DNA of 64,000 nucleotides, taken from IMG/VR virus record IMGVR_UViG_3300033997_000310, positions 50,802 to 114,801 of that record; one strand, written 5' to 3'. Below are positions 29,164-39,159 of this stretch, piece by piece. A program made the position numbers and the translations under genes. The first letter of the stretch is position 1. Each line of letters opens with the position of its first letter. Origin of the DNA: a virus. The notes below the pieces were generated by a model. That model ran no database searches. It saw only the letters and a list, made by a program, of their open reading frames with translations, and was not told the DNA's origin.

Positions 29164-29666
29164 TTCCGTTCATTGCGCCACTGCTGGCCGGGCGCGGCCT
29201 AAAGCTGCTGCTGATCGGCGGCGCTGTCGCTGCCGTTGGCTTCGCCGGCTTCCTGGCATACCGCTACGTGGACGGCCTGACCGAAAAGGTCGCCATCCTG
29301 TCGGCCAACAACGCCAAGCTGGAACTGGCATTCCAAGAGGCACAGGCCCGTGGCGATGCGCTGCGGGACCATATCCAGCGCGTGGCCATCGAGGTGGAGG
29401 AAAACAACAAGCGCCTGTCCGATCTGGCGGTTGAAGCCGCCACCGCCCGCGCCGAAGCCAAGGCCACCGCCAACCTTTTCGCCAAGCACGACTTCAAGGG
29501 GCTCGTCAATGCCAAGCCGGAACTTCTGGAGAAGCGCATCAATGCTGGCACTGCTCGCGTGCAGCGCCTGCTCGAACAAGCCAGCACCGTTGGAGGTGAA
29601 GCTGGCTCCGGAGCCGCCGCCGGCCAAGGTGCAACTGGCGCTGCCTCCGGTTCCGGACCCCGTTGA
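29160..29666 (+). CDS. Inner-membrane spanin (Rz-like)
   Basis: N-terminal TM helix, coiled coil and AKPELLEKRIN motif. Confidence 0.8.
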   Translation: MIPFIAPLLAGRGLKLLLIGGAVAAVGFAGFLAYRYVDGLTEKVAILSANNAKLELAFQEAQARGDALRDHIQRVAIEVEENNKRLSDLAVEAATARAEAKATANLFAKHDFKGLVNAKPELLEKRINAGTARVQRLLEQASTVGGEAGSGAAAGQGATGAASGSGPR

Positions 29667-29838
29667 CCTGCCTGCCGTCAACTGGCGCGTGATTCAGACA
29701 CCGGAAGGCAACATGATTGCCCTGGAGCCCAGCGCCTATGAGGCGCTGAGCCTGGGCTTAGCCGACGTTCTGCGGTGGATGCGGGAAGCACGATCGCAGA
29801 TCCTATACTATCGGCGCCTGGAACTCGAAGGCCAATAG
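29509..29838 (+). CDS. Outer-membrane spanin lipoprotein (Rz1-like), overlapping
   Basis: ATG 29509 after AAGGGG; signal peptide and lipobox (LALLACSAC); Pro-rich; +1 frame over the Rz 3' end. Confidence 0.8.
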   Translation: MPSRNFWRSASMLALLACSACSNKPAPLEVKLAPEPPPAKVQLALPPVPDPVDLPAVNWRVIQTPEGNMIALEPSAYEALSLGLADVLRWMREARSQILYYRRLELEGQ

Positions 29839-30444
29839 CGTCGCTGCCGCCGAAACAGCGACCTTGGTCACCTTGTCGGCAACAATACCGGCTTTCTCCC
29901 ACAGAGCGCTGCGCATTCTGTCAATCCTGCGTTCGACGTCGACCGGAAAGTCTAGAAACGCCCCATCTGAGGGGTTGTTGCCGCGCCCTACCGTTCTTGC
30001 CCTGGCCCTGGCCAGGAAATGCCTGTGGATTTCAGGGGTGACCACGGTGGCCTCCCCATACTCACGCTGCTCCCGCACAAACGCGATCATGCGTGCGGCG
30101 CCTTCTTTGCCAAGACGACCAAAAAGCGGATGCTGGCTCCAGGGCGACAGCTTGTCGTTCCACGATCGCTCGACATGCTTGGATGCGCGCTGTACACGCG
30201 TCTCGAAATCTGGGTCCGAAATAATGGTGGTTCCGATCGGCGGGATGTAATACTTGGCCCTCACCGAAGCCGACCCCATCACCGGGAACATCATCCTGCC
30301 TGCAATGCCGGTGATGTGACTTGGAATCCCACCATCTCTACTGTTCCAAACTATTTCCGCATCTCCGTCGTTGTTGGCATAGGGTATCAAGCAGTAAGCA
30401 AGATGATGACTGAATTCCTCTCTGTATTTTGCACTCAAGATCAA
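29803..30444 (-). CDS. Hypothetical accessory protein downstream of the integrase
   Basis: 213-aa ORF with a lower-GC 5' half; start uncertain. Confidence 0.55.
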   Translation of the reverse strand: MILSAKYREEFSHHLAYCLIPYANNDGDAEIVWNSRDGGIPSHITGIAGRMMFPVMGSASVRAKYYIPPIGTTIISDPDFETRVQRASKHVERSWNDKLSPWSQHPLFGRLGKEGAARMIAFVREQREYGEATVVTPEIHRHFLARARARTVGRGNNPSDGAFLDFPVDVERRIDRMRSALWEKAGIVADKVTKVAVSAAATLLAFEFQAPIV

Positions 30445-30473
30445 GCCACAAGTTTGTTGCTCATTAATCTGTA

Positions 30474-31748
30474 TTACTTGATGGCGATTTTGACAATGGT
30501 ACTGACTTGACCATCGAAGCCAAACTTTGGCGCGTGGTTTTCTACCATCTCATCTTTGTACGATTGCAGCAGATGGCCGTAGTGCTTCTCCACCATGCGG
30601 GTGTCCGTATGCCCAAGGTTCTGCGCCAGCACCAGCATCGGCATGCCGTTCATCAGGCTGAGGCTGGCATAGGTGTGTCGCAGCTCGTGGAAAGTGCAGC
30701 GCGGCTCGATCCGGCCATTCACGCATGCGGCTTCCACCCGGCGTGATTGGTGGTTTGGCCCCCACGGGTCGCCGTCCGGCCTGGGTAGCATCGGCGTCGT
30801 TTTATGTCGGCCGGCAACCTGTGCATCGAAGAACGCACGGCCTTCTGCTGTGAGGCTGATCCAGCGCGACTTGCCGTCTTTCGTGTCGCCAAAGAACAGC
30901 CGGCCCTGCTGATAATCGCCCACCCGCAACCGGCATAGCTCGCTGTATCGCGCGCCCGTGTGCAGGCCCGCAATGATCATGGGGCGGAAATCAGGATCGC
31001 AGGCATTCACCAGTCGGCGGGCCTCGTCCGGCTCCAGAAAACGGATGCGCGCGGCGTCGACGCCCTCAAACGGCTCGATGCGATCCCAGGCCGCGGTGCT
31101 GATGGCCTCGTTCTCGCGTGCGGCATGGTTCAGCAGCGCCTTCAACGTCGTCAGCACACCGTTCGCAGTGCTGCGCCGGGCCCTGATCTCGTCCTTCGTC
31201 TGCGGCGGCGGGGCAAATTTCTGCGCCTCACCCTTGCGCGTGCGCAGCCGGCGGCCGGAGCTGGCCACCTTGTTGAGCCATGTTCGGATCTGACGACTGG
31301 TCAGTTCGCGCACCACCAGCTTGCCCAGGTCGGGCAGGATGTGCGCGTCGATCGTTTTCTGGAACTGCTGCACCGACTTCCGCTGCGTGCGGAACCAGGC
31401 CATGTAGTCGTCCGCGGCCTCTTTCACAGTGAGGTCGGCCCGGCCCCGGCCGGCCAGCTCGTGCGCGCGGGCCTCGAACCAATCGCGCGCCGCGCCCTGC
31501 GCCTGCTGCCAGGACAGGACATGCACGCCGTCCGCGTCCAGCGTGTCGTCTGCGGCGCCAAGGCGGCGCTCCTCGTGCTTCTTGTCGCCCAGATACATGC
31601 GGGCGATCCAGGCCCCGCCGGTGGCCGTCTTGCGGTAGCCAATGCTCCGGCCATGCTCCAGGGTATGCCAGTAGGGTTTCTTCGAGGCGGAAAGCCGCTC
31701 ACGGCCCTTGCGGGTCTCCAAGCGGCTGTCGCGGGTTAGCCGTGCCAT
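30474..31748 (-). CDS. int: Tyrosine integrase
   Basis: TGARYSEL, FHELRHTYAS and LGH..MVEKHY catalytic motifs; arm-binding N-terminus. Confidence 0.95.
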   Translation of the reverse strand: MARLTRDSRLETRKGRERLSASKKPYWHTLEHGRSIGYRKTATGGAWIARMYLGDKKHEERRLGAADDTLDADGVHVLSWQQAQGAARDWFEARAHELAGRGRADLTVKEAADDYMAWFRTQRKSVQQFQKTIDAHILPDLGKLVVRELTSRQIRTWLNKVASSGRRLRTRKGEAQKFAPPPQTKDEIRARRSTANGVLTTLKALLNHAARENEAISTAAWDRIEPFEGVDAARIRFLEPDEARRLVNACDPDFRPMIIAGLHTGARYSELCRLRVGDYQQGRLFFGDTKDGKSRWISLTAEGRAFFDAQVAGRHKTTPMLPRPDGDPWGPNHQSRRVEAACVNGRIEPRCTFHELRHTYASLSLMNGMPMLVLAQNLGHTDTRMVEKHYGHLLQSYKDEMVENHAPKFGFDGQVSTIVKIAIK

Positions 31749-31796
31749 GGATCCTCCTTTTGAGGGTGACGGCCGCGTTTTGCGGCCCGGTGAAGG

Positions 31797-32051
31797 TCAG
31801 GTGCGGGCAATCATGCCAGCGAATGCCAGCGCCGCGGCCCGGCCCTGGATAACAATTACGTCCGAGTGAGCCGCCATCTGATCGACCACTCGGGCAGCGT
31901 GGAACTGCTTGCATTCGATCTGCACACCGCTGGGGAGCGCGAAATCAAGCTGGCCCGGCCGCTCGTTCCCCTTGCTATGGTGGCAATAGGGGATGCGTGC
32001 TGCATCAAGTGCCTCGGCGATGATGCGCTCTATGGGATCGGAAATTCTCAC
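31797..32051 (-). CDS. Small PD-(D/E)XK-like protein
   Basis: LDF..VQIECKQ motif. Confidence 0.5.
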   Translation of the reverse strand: MRISDPIERIIAEALDAARIPYCHHSKGNERPGQLDFALPSGVQIECKQFHAARVVDQMAAHSDVIVIQGRAAALAFAGMIART

Positions 32052-32263
32052 GGACCAGCTTCCACAACATGGGTTGGGCGGAATGGCATGGTGATTCCAG
32101 TTGGACCAGGACTGAGCCAGTAGCCCTTGTCAGGGCCGGTCGGCACCCACATGCGCACCTCGTTCACGGCCATTCCGGACTGCGTGGTGCCGAACAGGTG
32201 ACGGACGGCGCGGGGCGCGTGGTCGGTGTCTGTGATGGGGCGGATGGTCACCGCTTCCTCCAC
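32048..32263 (-). CDS. Hypothetical protein
   Basis: Overlap-coupled ORF in operon. Confidence 0.45.
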   Translation of the reverse strand: MEEAVTIRPITDTDHAPRAVRHLFGTTQSGMAVNEVRMWVPTGPDKGYWLSPGPTGITMPFRPTHVVEAGP

Positions 32264-32733
32264 ATGTCCTTGGCCTGGCGGTTCTGCCGGCGGATGTCGT
32301 GCTTGGAGAGCTTGGGGGCGCGATGCCGGGGATTCTGGGCCTGGGCGACCGCATCAGCAAGCTGGTTAAACTCGTCCACTGTCAGCGGTGTCGGTGGCTC
32401 ACGGACTGACTCCATCCGCAGCACGACGTCTCCGGCTTCGTGGGCAACGGACAGGATGCGCATCGGCCCTTCGTCGTTGAACTGCAACACCGTTCCGGGT
32501 GCAGCATCCCCTCCGAATGGATCACCGGTCAGCCGGATGGTCTTGATGCCGGCAGCCTCGTCGCGACGGCGCTGGTGTTCTGCTTCGTCGGCATGCTGCA
32601 TGGCCTGGAGAGGCGGGCCCGCCATAGTCTGTCCTGCCAGCAACGCTTTCTGCGCTGGCGTCATCTCGGCCCACTGCTGGCGCAATCTGGCGGCCGTTTC
32701 TGTGATCAGGGCGTCGATTTTCTGGTCAATCAT
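32248..32733 (-). CDS. Hypothetical protein
   Basis: ATGA-coupled ORF. Confidence 0.55.
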   Translation of the reverse strand: MIDQKIDALITETAARLRQQWAEMTPAQKALLAGQTMAGPPLQAMQHADEAEHQRRRDEAAGIKTIRLTGDPFGGDAAPGTVLQFNDEGPMRILSVAHEAGDVVLRMESVREPPTPLTVDEFNQLADAVAQAQNPRHRAPKLSKHDIRRQNRQAKDMWRKR

Positions 32734-33224
32734 TTCGACCCCAGCACGTCATGCACGATCTGTTCGATCGGCATCAGGTGTTCTTGGACGATATCCGCAA
32801 TGGCCCGGCCGTCCAGCGTGACCTTCTGCATCTGGTGCAGCAGCCCAGCCCGCACCGCGGCCCCGAAACACTCGCCGATCTGGTCCAGAGCCTTGCCGGC
32901 CGGCGTGTCGACCAGGGCGGGCTGTGCCGCCGGCGGGTCAATGGTATCTGCCAGGGTGCGCAAGAGCGACGCCATGGCCCGCATGTGCATGTCGCCGGGG
33001 TTGGACCGGTAGGCGGCGGCGAAGATGTGCCGGCCCATCAGCGCCTCAAGCTGGGCGCGCAGCAGCGGGGAATTCCAGCAGGACACCTCCTGGTCGTCGG
33101 CCACCCCGACCGCGTTGCAGCCGATCATGGTCTCCACAACCGACTTGGCGGCCTGGAAATCCGGGAAATGAAAGGTGGGTGTTTCCGGCTTGCTGATCGC
33201 GTTCACGTCGTTCCTCCGTCCCAA
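32730..33224 (-). CDS. Hypothetical protein (start probably GTG 33206)
   Basis: GGAGG precedes GTGAAC; first gene after the AT-rich att region. Confidence 0.55.
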   Translation of the reverse strand: MGRRNDVNAISKPETPTFHFPDFQAAKSVVETMIGCNAVGVADDQEVSCWNSPLLRAQLEALMGRHIFAAAYRSNPGDMHMRAMASLLRTLADTIDPPAAQPALVDTPAGKALDQIGECFGAAVRAGLLHQMQKVTLDGRAIADIVQEHLMPIEQIVHDVLGSK

Positions 33225-33429
33225 TCAGATGCCCATCACGAGCAACATATTGATGTATATGAGTGATTTACATATTCTCATATGGAAAACGGAAATGCAA
33301 GGGAATAATGGGAAAAATCCATAAGAGGCGTTGATATGATGAGATTTCTGGAATTGGCCTTGTGGATCAACGATTGACAAATTATGAGTTTAATATAGAT
33401 TAACAGCGCCAAGTAACGACGAAGTAAAA

Positions 33430-33473
33430 CTCTCACGCTGAAAACGAGGATTCGAATTCCTCTGGGGTCGCCA
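33430..33473 (+). other. attP core: 3' half of tRNA-Glu(CTC)
   Basis: Anticodon loop CTCTCAC, T-arm GAGGA-TTCGAAT-TCCTC and acceptor strand ending CCA. No 5' half; AT-rich flanks; integrase nearby. Confidence 0.8.
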
Positions 33474-33535
33474 ATACTTAGCTTGTTTTTGCTGAGTCCG
33501 TCCCAATCATTTCTCAATCATCTATGTTATAAGCG

Positions 33536-33574
33536 AATGGCGCGGACTATTGTGAAAAAATCCGTCCGCGCCAT
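33536..33574. terminator. Inverted repeat, probable terminator of the leftward operon
   Basis: AATGGCGCGGAC...GTCCGCGCCATT. Confidence 0.6.
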
Positions 33575-33588
33575 TAGCATTAAGGGCT

Positions 33589-34062
33589 TCAGGTTTTAGC
33601 TTGGTCCCGCACAGTCGCCCTAAACCAAGCCGTCACGCTCACATACCCGCAAACCTCCCGGCACGCAGCGGACCACACGCTTTTCCACCCCCGGTCTTGC
33701 TGCATCCTCACCGTCTCCCGGTGCAGCTCCGTGCCCTGCATGCGTTCCAGGAGGGCTTGTAGCCCAGCCGGGCCGGGCGTGATGGCCTCCAGCGCCGGGA
33801 CCGCATCCACGCGCTTCTGGCGCCTGCTTTTGGGCCTGCTGGACTTCGGACGGGCGCCGCTGGCCCCGATCATGCGCCGTATGTCGGACAGGGCATTCTT
33901 CACCCCGCGAAAGCTGTCCGACCCGCTGCTGGGCACGACGTAGAACTGCTCCTTGCCCTGGTGCGTGAAATAGATGCGCGGGTGGTTCTTGGACCGGACG
34001 ACGCGGCCCCGGATGCCGTGCCGCTCCAACTCGGCAAGCACGGCTTGGATTTGGTCGGTCAT
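33589..34062 (-). CDS. Protein with a HicA-like N-terminal domain
   Basis: L..HG...RSKNHPRI..VVPSSGSD.RGVKNALSDIRR pattern. Confidence 0.5.
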   Translation of the reverse strand: MTDQIQAVLAELERHGIRGRVVRSKNHPRIYFTHQGKEQFYVVPSSGSDSFRGVKNALSDIRRMIGASGARPKSSRPKSRRQKRVDAVPALEAITPGPAGLQALLERMQGTELHRETVRMQQDRGWKSVWSAACREVCGYVSVTAWFRATVRDQAKT

Positions 34063-34070
34063 GCTGCACC

Positions 34071-34595
34071 TCAGAACGGGATCAAGTCGTCGTCGATCGC
34101 ATCGGTGGCCGGTGCGGGGCGCCCACCGCCACTCCCGCCGCCGCGCCCGCCTCTGTCGGCAGCATACCCACCACCGCTGCGTTGATTGCCGCCCCGCTGC
34201 CCGCCGCCATACCCCGCATCGCCCGGATCGTAGGCGTCACCGCCCTGGCTCTCGCGCCCGCCCAGCAGGAGGAGCTTGGCATCGAACTGCAGAACGACCT
34301 CTGTCGTGTACCGGTCCTGGCCCTGCTGGTCGGTCCACTTCCTCGTCTTCAGCTTGCCCTCGACCAGCAGCTTCGTGCCCTTTTTGACGAAGCGTTCGAT
34401 GACGCCCACCAGGCCCTCGTTCCAGACGACGACGTTATGCCAGTCGGTGGATTCCTTCTTTTCGCCGCTCCTGTCCTTCCACGTCTCCGTGGTGGCGACG
34501 CTGAATGTGGCGACCTTCTGGCCGCCCTGGGTATTCCGGATTTCGGGATCCTTCCCGACATTTCCGATCAGGGTGACGCGATTGAGTGATGACAT
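34071..34595 (-). CDS. ssb: Single-stranded DNA-binding protein
   Basis: LNRVTLIGNVGKDPE, TDWHNVV, Gly-rich linker and DDDLIPF tail. Confidence 0.97.
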   Translation of the reverse strand: MSSLNRVTLIGNVGKDPEIRNTQGGQKVATFSVATTETWKDRSGEKKESTDWHNVVVWNEGLVGVIERFVKKGTKLLVEGKLKTRKWTDQQGQDRYTTEVVLQFDAKLLLLGGRESQGGDAYDPGDAGYGGGQRGGNQRSGGGYAADRGGRGGGSGGGRPAPATDAIDDDLIPF

Positions 34596-34605
34596 GGTGT
34601 TCTCC

Positions 34606-34953
34606 TCAGTTGACGGTGGCAGCCTTCGCCTCTTGCGCCTCGCCAAGCGTGGGCAAGGGCAGGGCTGCAGTGCAGGTTTCGATGATGGCAGCCAGCAGAT
34701 CGTCACGATCCGCTTCGGGCTGTTCCAGCGCCTGACGGCAAACCTGGCGGATGGCGGCCAGGGACCGGAACATCTCGTTCGATCCGGCCATGAGTTGGGC
34801 CATCAGTTCGCCGTCAGGGACCATCGGCGCTATCTGGGCGACGACGGGCGCGTATTCGTGATCCATGCCCATCACGAACTTGCCCTTGGCCGCCATGTGC
34901 CCGTCTTTGGGCCTGCGCAGGGCATCGCGCCATTCGGTGGGGATCTTGGTCAC
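34606..34953 (-). CDS. Hypothetical protein
   Basis: Coupled ORF in operon. Confidence 0.55.
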   Translation of the reverse strand: MTKIPTEWRDALRRPKDGHMAAKGKFVMGMDHEYAPVVAQIAPMVPDGELMAQLMAGSNEMFRSLAAIRQVCRQALEQPEADRDDLLAAIIETCTAALPLPTLGEAQEAKAATVN

Positions 34954-36107
34954 TGCTTACCCTCCAGGCGGTCGGCTTCGGCGCGGGCGAGCGTTACGGC
35001 AGCATGGCCAATGCCGTAGCGCGCCTCAATAGCATCAGCATGCGCTCGCAGCGCCTTCGCCCCGGCCTGCGCTTCGGTGAGCAGCGGGGCCGGTGGGGCG
35101 GCGGCAACGGCATCGGAATAAGCAATAGCCAGTGAATAGATACGCTCGACTTCCTGCCCGGCGACATCGCACCACTGAACGCCGCTTCCCGCCCATGCCG
35201 CTTCATTCATTTCATCGGTCAGCGTCTCCGGCAGCAACCTGTACCCCGCCGGCACGACCGCTACGGGCCTTTCCGCAATCTCTTGCCGCAATTGATGCAC
35301 TACCGTGATTGCATCCGCAGCGGCCTTTTCCAACCCGTGCGCATCCTGGTAATGGCCGCCGTCGCCGTGGATCACGGCCAGCAGGTTGCCGACGGACCGC
35401 GGCACGACCTCCACGGGCGCGGGCTGATCTTTGCGCTCAATTGCTATGTCGATTTCGTGGCCCAGCATGAACAGGCCAAGATCGTTCAGCGCATCAGCCG
35501 GCCCGGACGGTTTAAGCGTCATGCCATCGCTTTGCGTCCACTTCAGTCGCCGAAGAATTGACAGCAGCCGGTGAAGACGGGCCGCGTGGCTTGGGTCAAT
35601 GGAAGCCGGCTTGACCCGCACGGCCCCGGCAAGCGCCGCATCCCGTTCGGCTTGCATTCCCGCAAGAAGTGCCTGCCCACGACCGTGCGCTTGCAAAAGC
35701 GCCGCGTCCCGTTCGGCGGTTAGACTCTCGACCTGGGCGCGCAGGGTTCCCAGTATGTCCGCCAGTTTATCGCCGGCATCTCGTAACACTTCTATGTCCC
35801 CGGAGTCCCTGGCTCCATAGTCAGGTGAGTTTTTAGCGCCATACCAAAGTGCGATCATGTCTTCCGCCGCCCGCTCCACCAGAATATGGTCCGGCACCAT
35901 CTTCCCGGCGTCGGGAGAAAGGTCATTGACCGGCTCGAATCGCCCATCATCGAATTCACCTGCTGGCCGGACGAAAACCCGCCCTTCGGCGTCGTCATAG
36001 ACCACGACGGCGGTCGCGGGGTAATCGGCCTCCATATGCCCGCGCGTGATGACGCGGTACAGGCCACCAGATTTCAGATGGCGATGGGTTGGCGCAAAAG
36101 TCAGCAT
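34950..36107 (-). CDS. Mosaic phage protein with a DUF1653-like N-terminus
   Basis: RHLKSGGLYRVI..VVY..VFVRP..EF motif; Ead/Ea22-like composite body. Confidence 0.6.
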   Translation of the reverse strand: MLTFAPTHRHLKSGGLYRVITRGHMEADYPATAVVVYDDAEGRVFVRPAGEFDDGRFEPVNDLSPDAGKMVPDHILVERAAEDMIALWYGAKNSPDYGARDSGDIEVLRDAGDKLADILGTLRAQVESLTAERDAALLQAHGRGQALLAGMQAERDAALAGAVRVKPASIDPSHAARLHRLLSILRRLKWTQSDGMTLKPSGPADALNDLGLFMLGHEIDIAIERKDQPAPVEVVPRSVGNLLAVIHGDGGHYQDAHGLEKAAADAITVVHQLRQEIAERPVAVVPAGYRLLPETLTDEMNEAAWAGSGVQWCDVAGQEVERIYSLAIAYSDAVAAAPPAPLLTEAQAGAKALRAHADAIEARYGIGHAAVTLARAEADRLEGKQ

Positions 36108-36151
36108 GATGGTCTCGCAGGTGAGGGGTGGTCAGGCGGGGCGAGCCATGA

Positions 36152-37093
36152 TCAGCGCGCGAACCGCGCTTCATCCTCTGGCTTTTTGATCGGCCAGTTG
36201 CTGCCCTGAAAAAAGTAGAGCCCGATGCGCTCAAAGCTGATGCCGAAGGCGCGGAATGGCACAACGGCGCGAAAGGATTCCCCGCCGCTTTTCCACTTCC
36301 ACCGTACCCACAGTTCGGAGCCGTTGAGCGTGCCGCCGCTGGCCGGCGCCAGGAGTGTCGGCCTCCACAGCAGGCCACGGCGGATACGGTACTGCACGTC
36401 ACTGATCTCCCGCCGGAACCAGCGCCATGCACGATGCCAGCGCGGCTCGTGGTGCAGCATGGTGGCTGCCCATATCTGCACCGCTTCGTAGGCCCACCGG
36501 CCCTTGGGCGGATAGGACTCGTCGATCATGCTGTACCACTCGTCGATATCATCGAACATGCGGGCCATCTTGTCCGGGCACAAGTCGCCATCTTCACGCA
36601 GGCCCTTGGCGGCCTTCATCTGCACGGCGCCGCTACGGTGGTTGCCACTGCCCCACTCGTATTTCTCGACCAGTGCCTTCCAGATAGGCAGGTCTTCGTC
36701 CTTATCGCGCCACTTCATTTCGTCATCGGCCTGAGACAGGATGCGCTTGACGGTCTTTTCGCGGTCGAACTCGCGGCTGAGGTTGGACTTCTCCATCAGG
36801 TAACAGAAGTCAGCTCGGTGCGCCCACAGGATGGCATGCCAGAGGGTGGGGCAGGCCTGATAGTGCCGGAACACCACCGTGTCGAAGCCGCCATGCACCA
36901 TGATGCAGCCGGGCGTGTAGGTGATGCGGAATCCATCGCGATGGCCGTTGTAGACGCGCCATGTTCCGGGCGCGACTTTCTGCATGGTGGCGTCGGCATA
37001 AGAGGTGCGCGCCATCCTCGCGATATCCTGGTGATCCCCGTACTCGTTGATCGGCGGCATGATCGCCGGCCGCCGCCGGCGCAGCGCCATCAT
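36152..37093 (-). CDS. Hypothetical protein
   Basis: 313-aa coupled ORF, Trp-rich. Confidence 0.6.
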   Translation of the reverse strand: MMALRRRRPAIMPPINEYGDHQDIARMARTSYADATMQKVAPGTWRVYNGHRDGFRITYTPGCIMVHGGFDTVVFRHYQACPTLWHAILWAHRADFCYLMEKSNLSREFDREKTVKRILSQADDEMKWRDKDEDLPIWKALVEKYEWGSGNHRSGAVQMKAAKGLREDGDLCPDKMARMFDDIDEWYSMIDESYPPKGRWAYEAVQIWAATMLHHEPRWHRAWRWFRREISDVQYRIRRGLLWRPTLLAPASGGTLNGSELWVRWKWKSGGESFRAVVPFRAFGISFERIGLYFFQGSNWPIKKPEDEARFAR

Positions 37094-37497
37094 TGGTGGA
37101 TGTCCGGCGATTCCACGCCGGACAGGTTCTCGACCAACTGGCCGGTGTTGAACACGACCTGAACAGCTCGGTCGTCGTAGAGACGCAACATTGCTACGTC
37201 CTTCTGGTTGGTGACCGGCAGGCGGACGCCGAAATACTTCTCCGTCCAGTCCTGAATGATTCGCACCATGCGCTCGACGTCCTGGAGGATTTCGGCGCTT
37301 GGCAAGCCCATGGCCTTACTGCCGACGCCGCCATCGACGCGGGCCGTGAAGATGCGCACTTCCTGGCCATCGGCGATCCACTGGCGCACCCGGTCGGCCA
37401 TGGCCGGCACAGGCTCTCCGATGTGTTCCTCGCCTCGCCACACGTCATACTGTGCCAGCGTCCCGTCGAGATCGACGCCGATCCATCCGTTTTTCAT
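37090..37497 (-). CDS. HAD-family phosphatase-like protein
   Basis: WIGVDLDGTL, IFTAR and YDDRA motifs. Confidence 0.8.
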   Translation of the reverse strand: MKNGWIGVDLDGTLAQYDVWRGEEHIGEPVPAMADRVRQWIADGQEVRIFTARVDGGVGSKAMGLPSAEILQDVERMVRIIQDWTEKYFGVRLPVTNQKDVAMLRLYDDRAVQVVFNTGQLVENLSGVESPDIHQ

Positions 37498-37549
37498 GTA
37501 ATCCCCCGGTGGTGCCCGCCCAGCCGAAGCCGGGCGGGGGTGATGATGA

Positions 37550-39154
37550 TCAGAGATGTTCGGCCAGGGCGGCGCGGATGTCGGCCAGCGTCTGATGACG
37601 CTTCATCTGGCCATTCTCGAATACGACCTCCAGCACGCCGGCGTTGGCCTGCTCGCGCGTCTGCCGATCCAGCAGATGGAAGCCGAAGCCGGTCTTCTCG
37701 ACACGGATCAGGCCAGCGGCCGACTTCTTCACGCCACTGTCGGTCTTCGGGTCCTTCTGCAGGACGCGCTCCTCGCCGTTGACGACGCCATAGGTGGCCT
37801 TGATCGCCGTGCCGAAGGTATCGCGGGTGACGTACTGGTAGGTGTAACTGCCGATGCCCAGCACCACGTTCGTGCTGGCAAATCCCTTGGCGGCCAGGCG
37901 CTTCAAGATGCGCTCCGCCCGATCCAGGGTGATGCTGTCGCCGTAGATCAGGCCGACGTGGCTGTCCAACTGCCGGTGACCTGTGCTTGTCTCGGTGCCG
38001 CCGAACACGTCCCACAGGCACTGGATAGCGCCGCGCTGGGCCGGAGTTGGCTCCCATATCCGATGCGTCGAAATGCTGGGCCCGTGCGCGGCACCGGTGT
38101 TGTGGGCCTCGACTTTGTAGAAGTGGCCGTCCTGGTGGAACACATCCACCCCAGCCTGCAGCATGTCCATCAGGCTGACGAACTCGCTGCGATCCGGCAC
38201 GCCGCAGATGATGTCGACCGGGTCGCCGCTATCGGGCCGGAACACCACCTTGCCGTCGCGCGCCAGGATCTCATCCTTTAGCTTGACCGTGAACTCGGTC
38301 ATCACCTTCCAGAAATCCCAGGTGTCGCTGACGATGCTGACGATACCGGACGGGTAGGTGTGGATCAGGCGGCGGAAGGTTTCGACTTCGTCATCATGCC
38401 CGCCCATGCACATGACGCTGTGCTCCGTGGCCGGCACGGACCCGCCGACGAAGGTCTCGGCGCCGCTGTAATATTCCTCCAGGAAGTCGATGGCGGGGAT
38501 GGTATCGGTTCCGGTGAAGCTCAGCAGGTGGGCCGCGCCGCTCGACATGGCGTCGTGAATGCCGCTCATGCCCCGGAAGCTGAAATCGTGGCCCTGCCAC
38601 AGCGCGAAGGCGGGATCACCGCCGGTCTCGACCGCCATGCGATGGAACAGCCGGCGATACTCAAAGGCGGTAGTCGCCGTCGTCATCGGCTTCCACAGTT
38701 CGGCGCTCAGTTGCGTCTCGACATAGTTTGTCAGCCACGCGAAATCTGGGTGTGTGTTCTCGATCGTGAACATGGGCACGCGGATGTCGACGCGACTGCC
38801 TTCCGGCACGGCCTTGATGCGCAGCGGCAGATAGCCCAGGTCATGCAGCGCCGCGATGTGATCCGCGCCGACCGCTCCGGCGCCCAGATAGCCGTCCATG
38901 CGACGCGTGTAACGGGCGACGACCGTATCCCGAGACAAGCCGAAGAACGAGCGGTCCCAGGTGTCGATCAGGAGCCACTGACACACGGCCTGGAGACCGA
39001 AGAACACGACCTTGTGGTCGAAGTCAGACAGCATCTTGGCGTGCGCATCACCGCGGCACGTCCAGTTGCTGTAGACCAGTTGGGTGCCGGGCGGATACTG
39101 CTTGCGATGCCCGGTCTTATAGCCATCGGTGGCGTGGGGTGCGAAGATGTTCAT
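37550..39154 (-). CDS. Nicotinamide phosphoribosyltransferase-like protein (NAMPT/Namat)
   Basis: TDGYKTGH, HDFSFRG, SVPATEHSVM, SIVSDTWD, RPDSGDP, IYGDSIT and KDPKTD motifs. Confidence 0.93.
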   Translation of the reverse strand: MNIFAPHATDGYKTGHRKQYPPGTQLVYSNWTCRGDAHAKMLSDFDHKVVFFGLQAVCQWLLIDTWDRSFFGLSRDTVVARYTRRMDGYLGAGAVGADHIAALHDLGYLPLRIKAVPEGSRVDIRVPMFTIENTHPDFAWLTNYVETQLSAELWKPMTTATTAFEYRRLFHRMAVETGGDPAFALWQGHDFSFRGMSGIHDAMSSGAAHLLSFTGTDTIPAIDFLEEYYSGAETFVGGSVPATEHSVMCMGGHDDEVETFRRLIHTYPSGIVSIVSDTWDFWKVMTEFTVKLKDEILARDGKVVFRPDSGDPVDIICGVPDRSEFVSLMDMLQAGVDVFHQDGHFYKVEAHNTGAAHGPSISTHRIWEPTPAQRGAIQCLWDVFGGTETSTGHRQLDSHVGLIYGDSITLDRAERILKRLAAKGFASTNVVLGIGSYTYQYVTRDTFGTAIKATYGVVNGEERVLQKDPKTDSGVKKSAAGLIRVEKTGFGFHLLDRQTREQANAGVLEVVFENGQMKRHQTLADIRAALAEHL

Positions 39155-39159
39155 GGTGT

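Noticed and set aside
33400-33473. Complete phage tRNA gene
   Set aside because: No D-arm or 5' acceptor strand; only the 3' half is present, consistent with attP.
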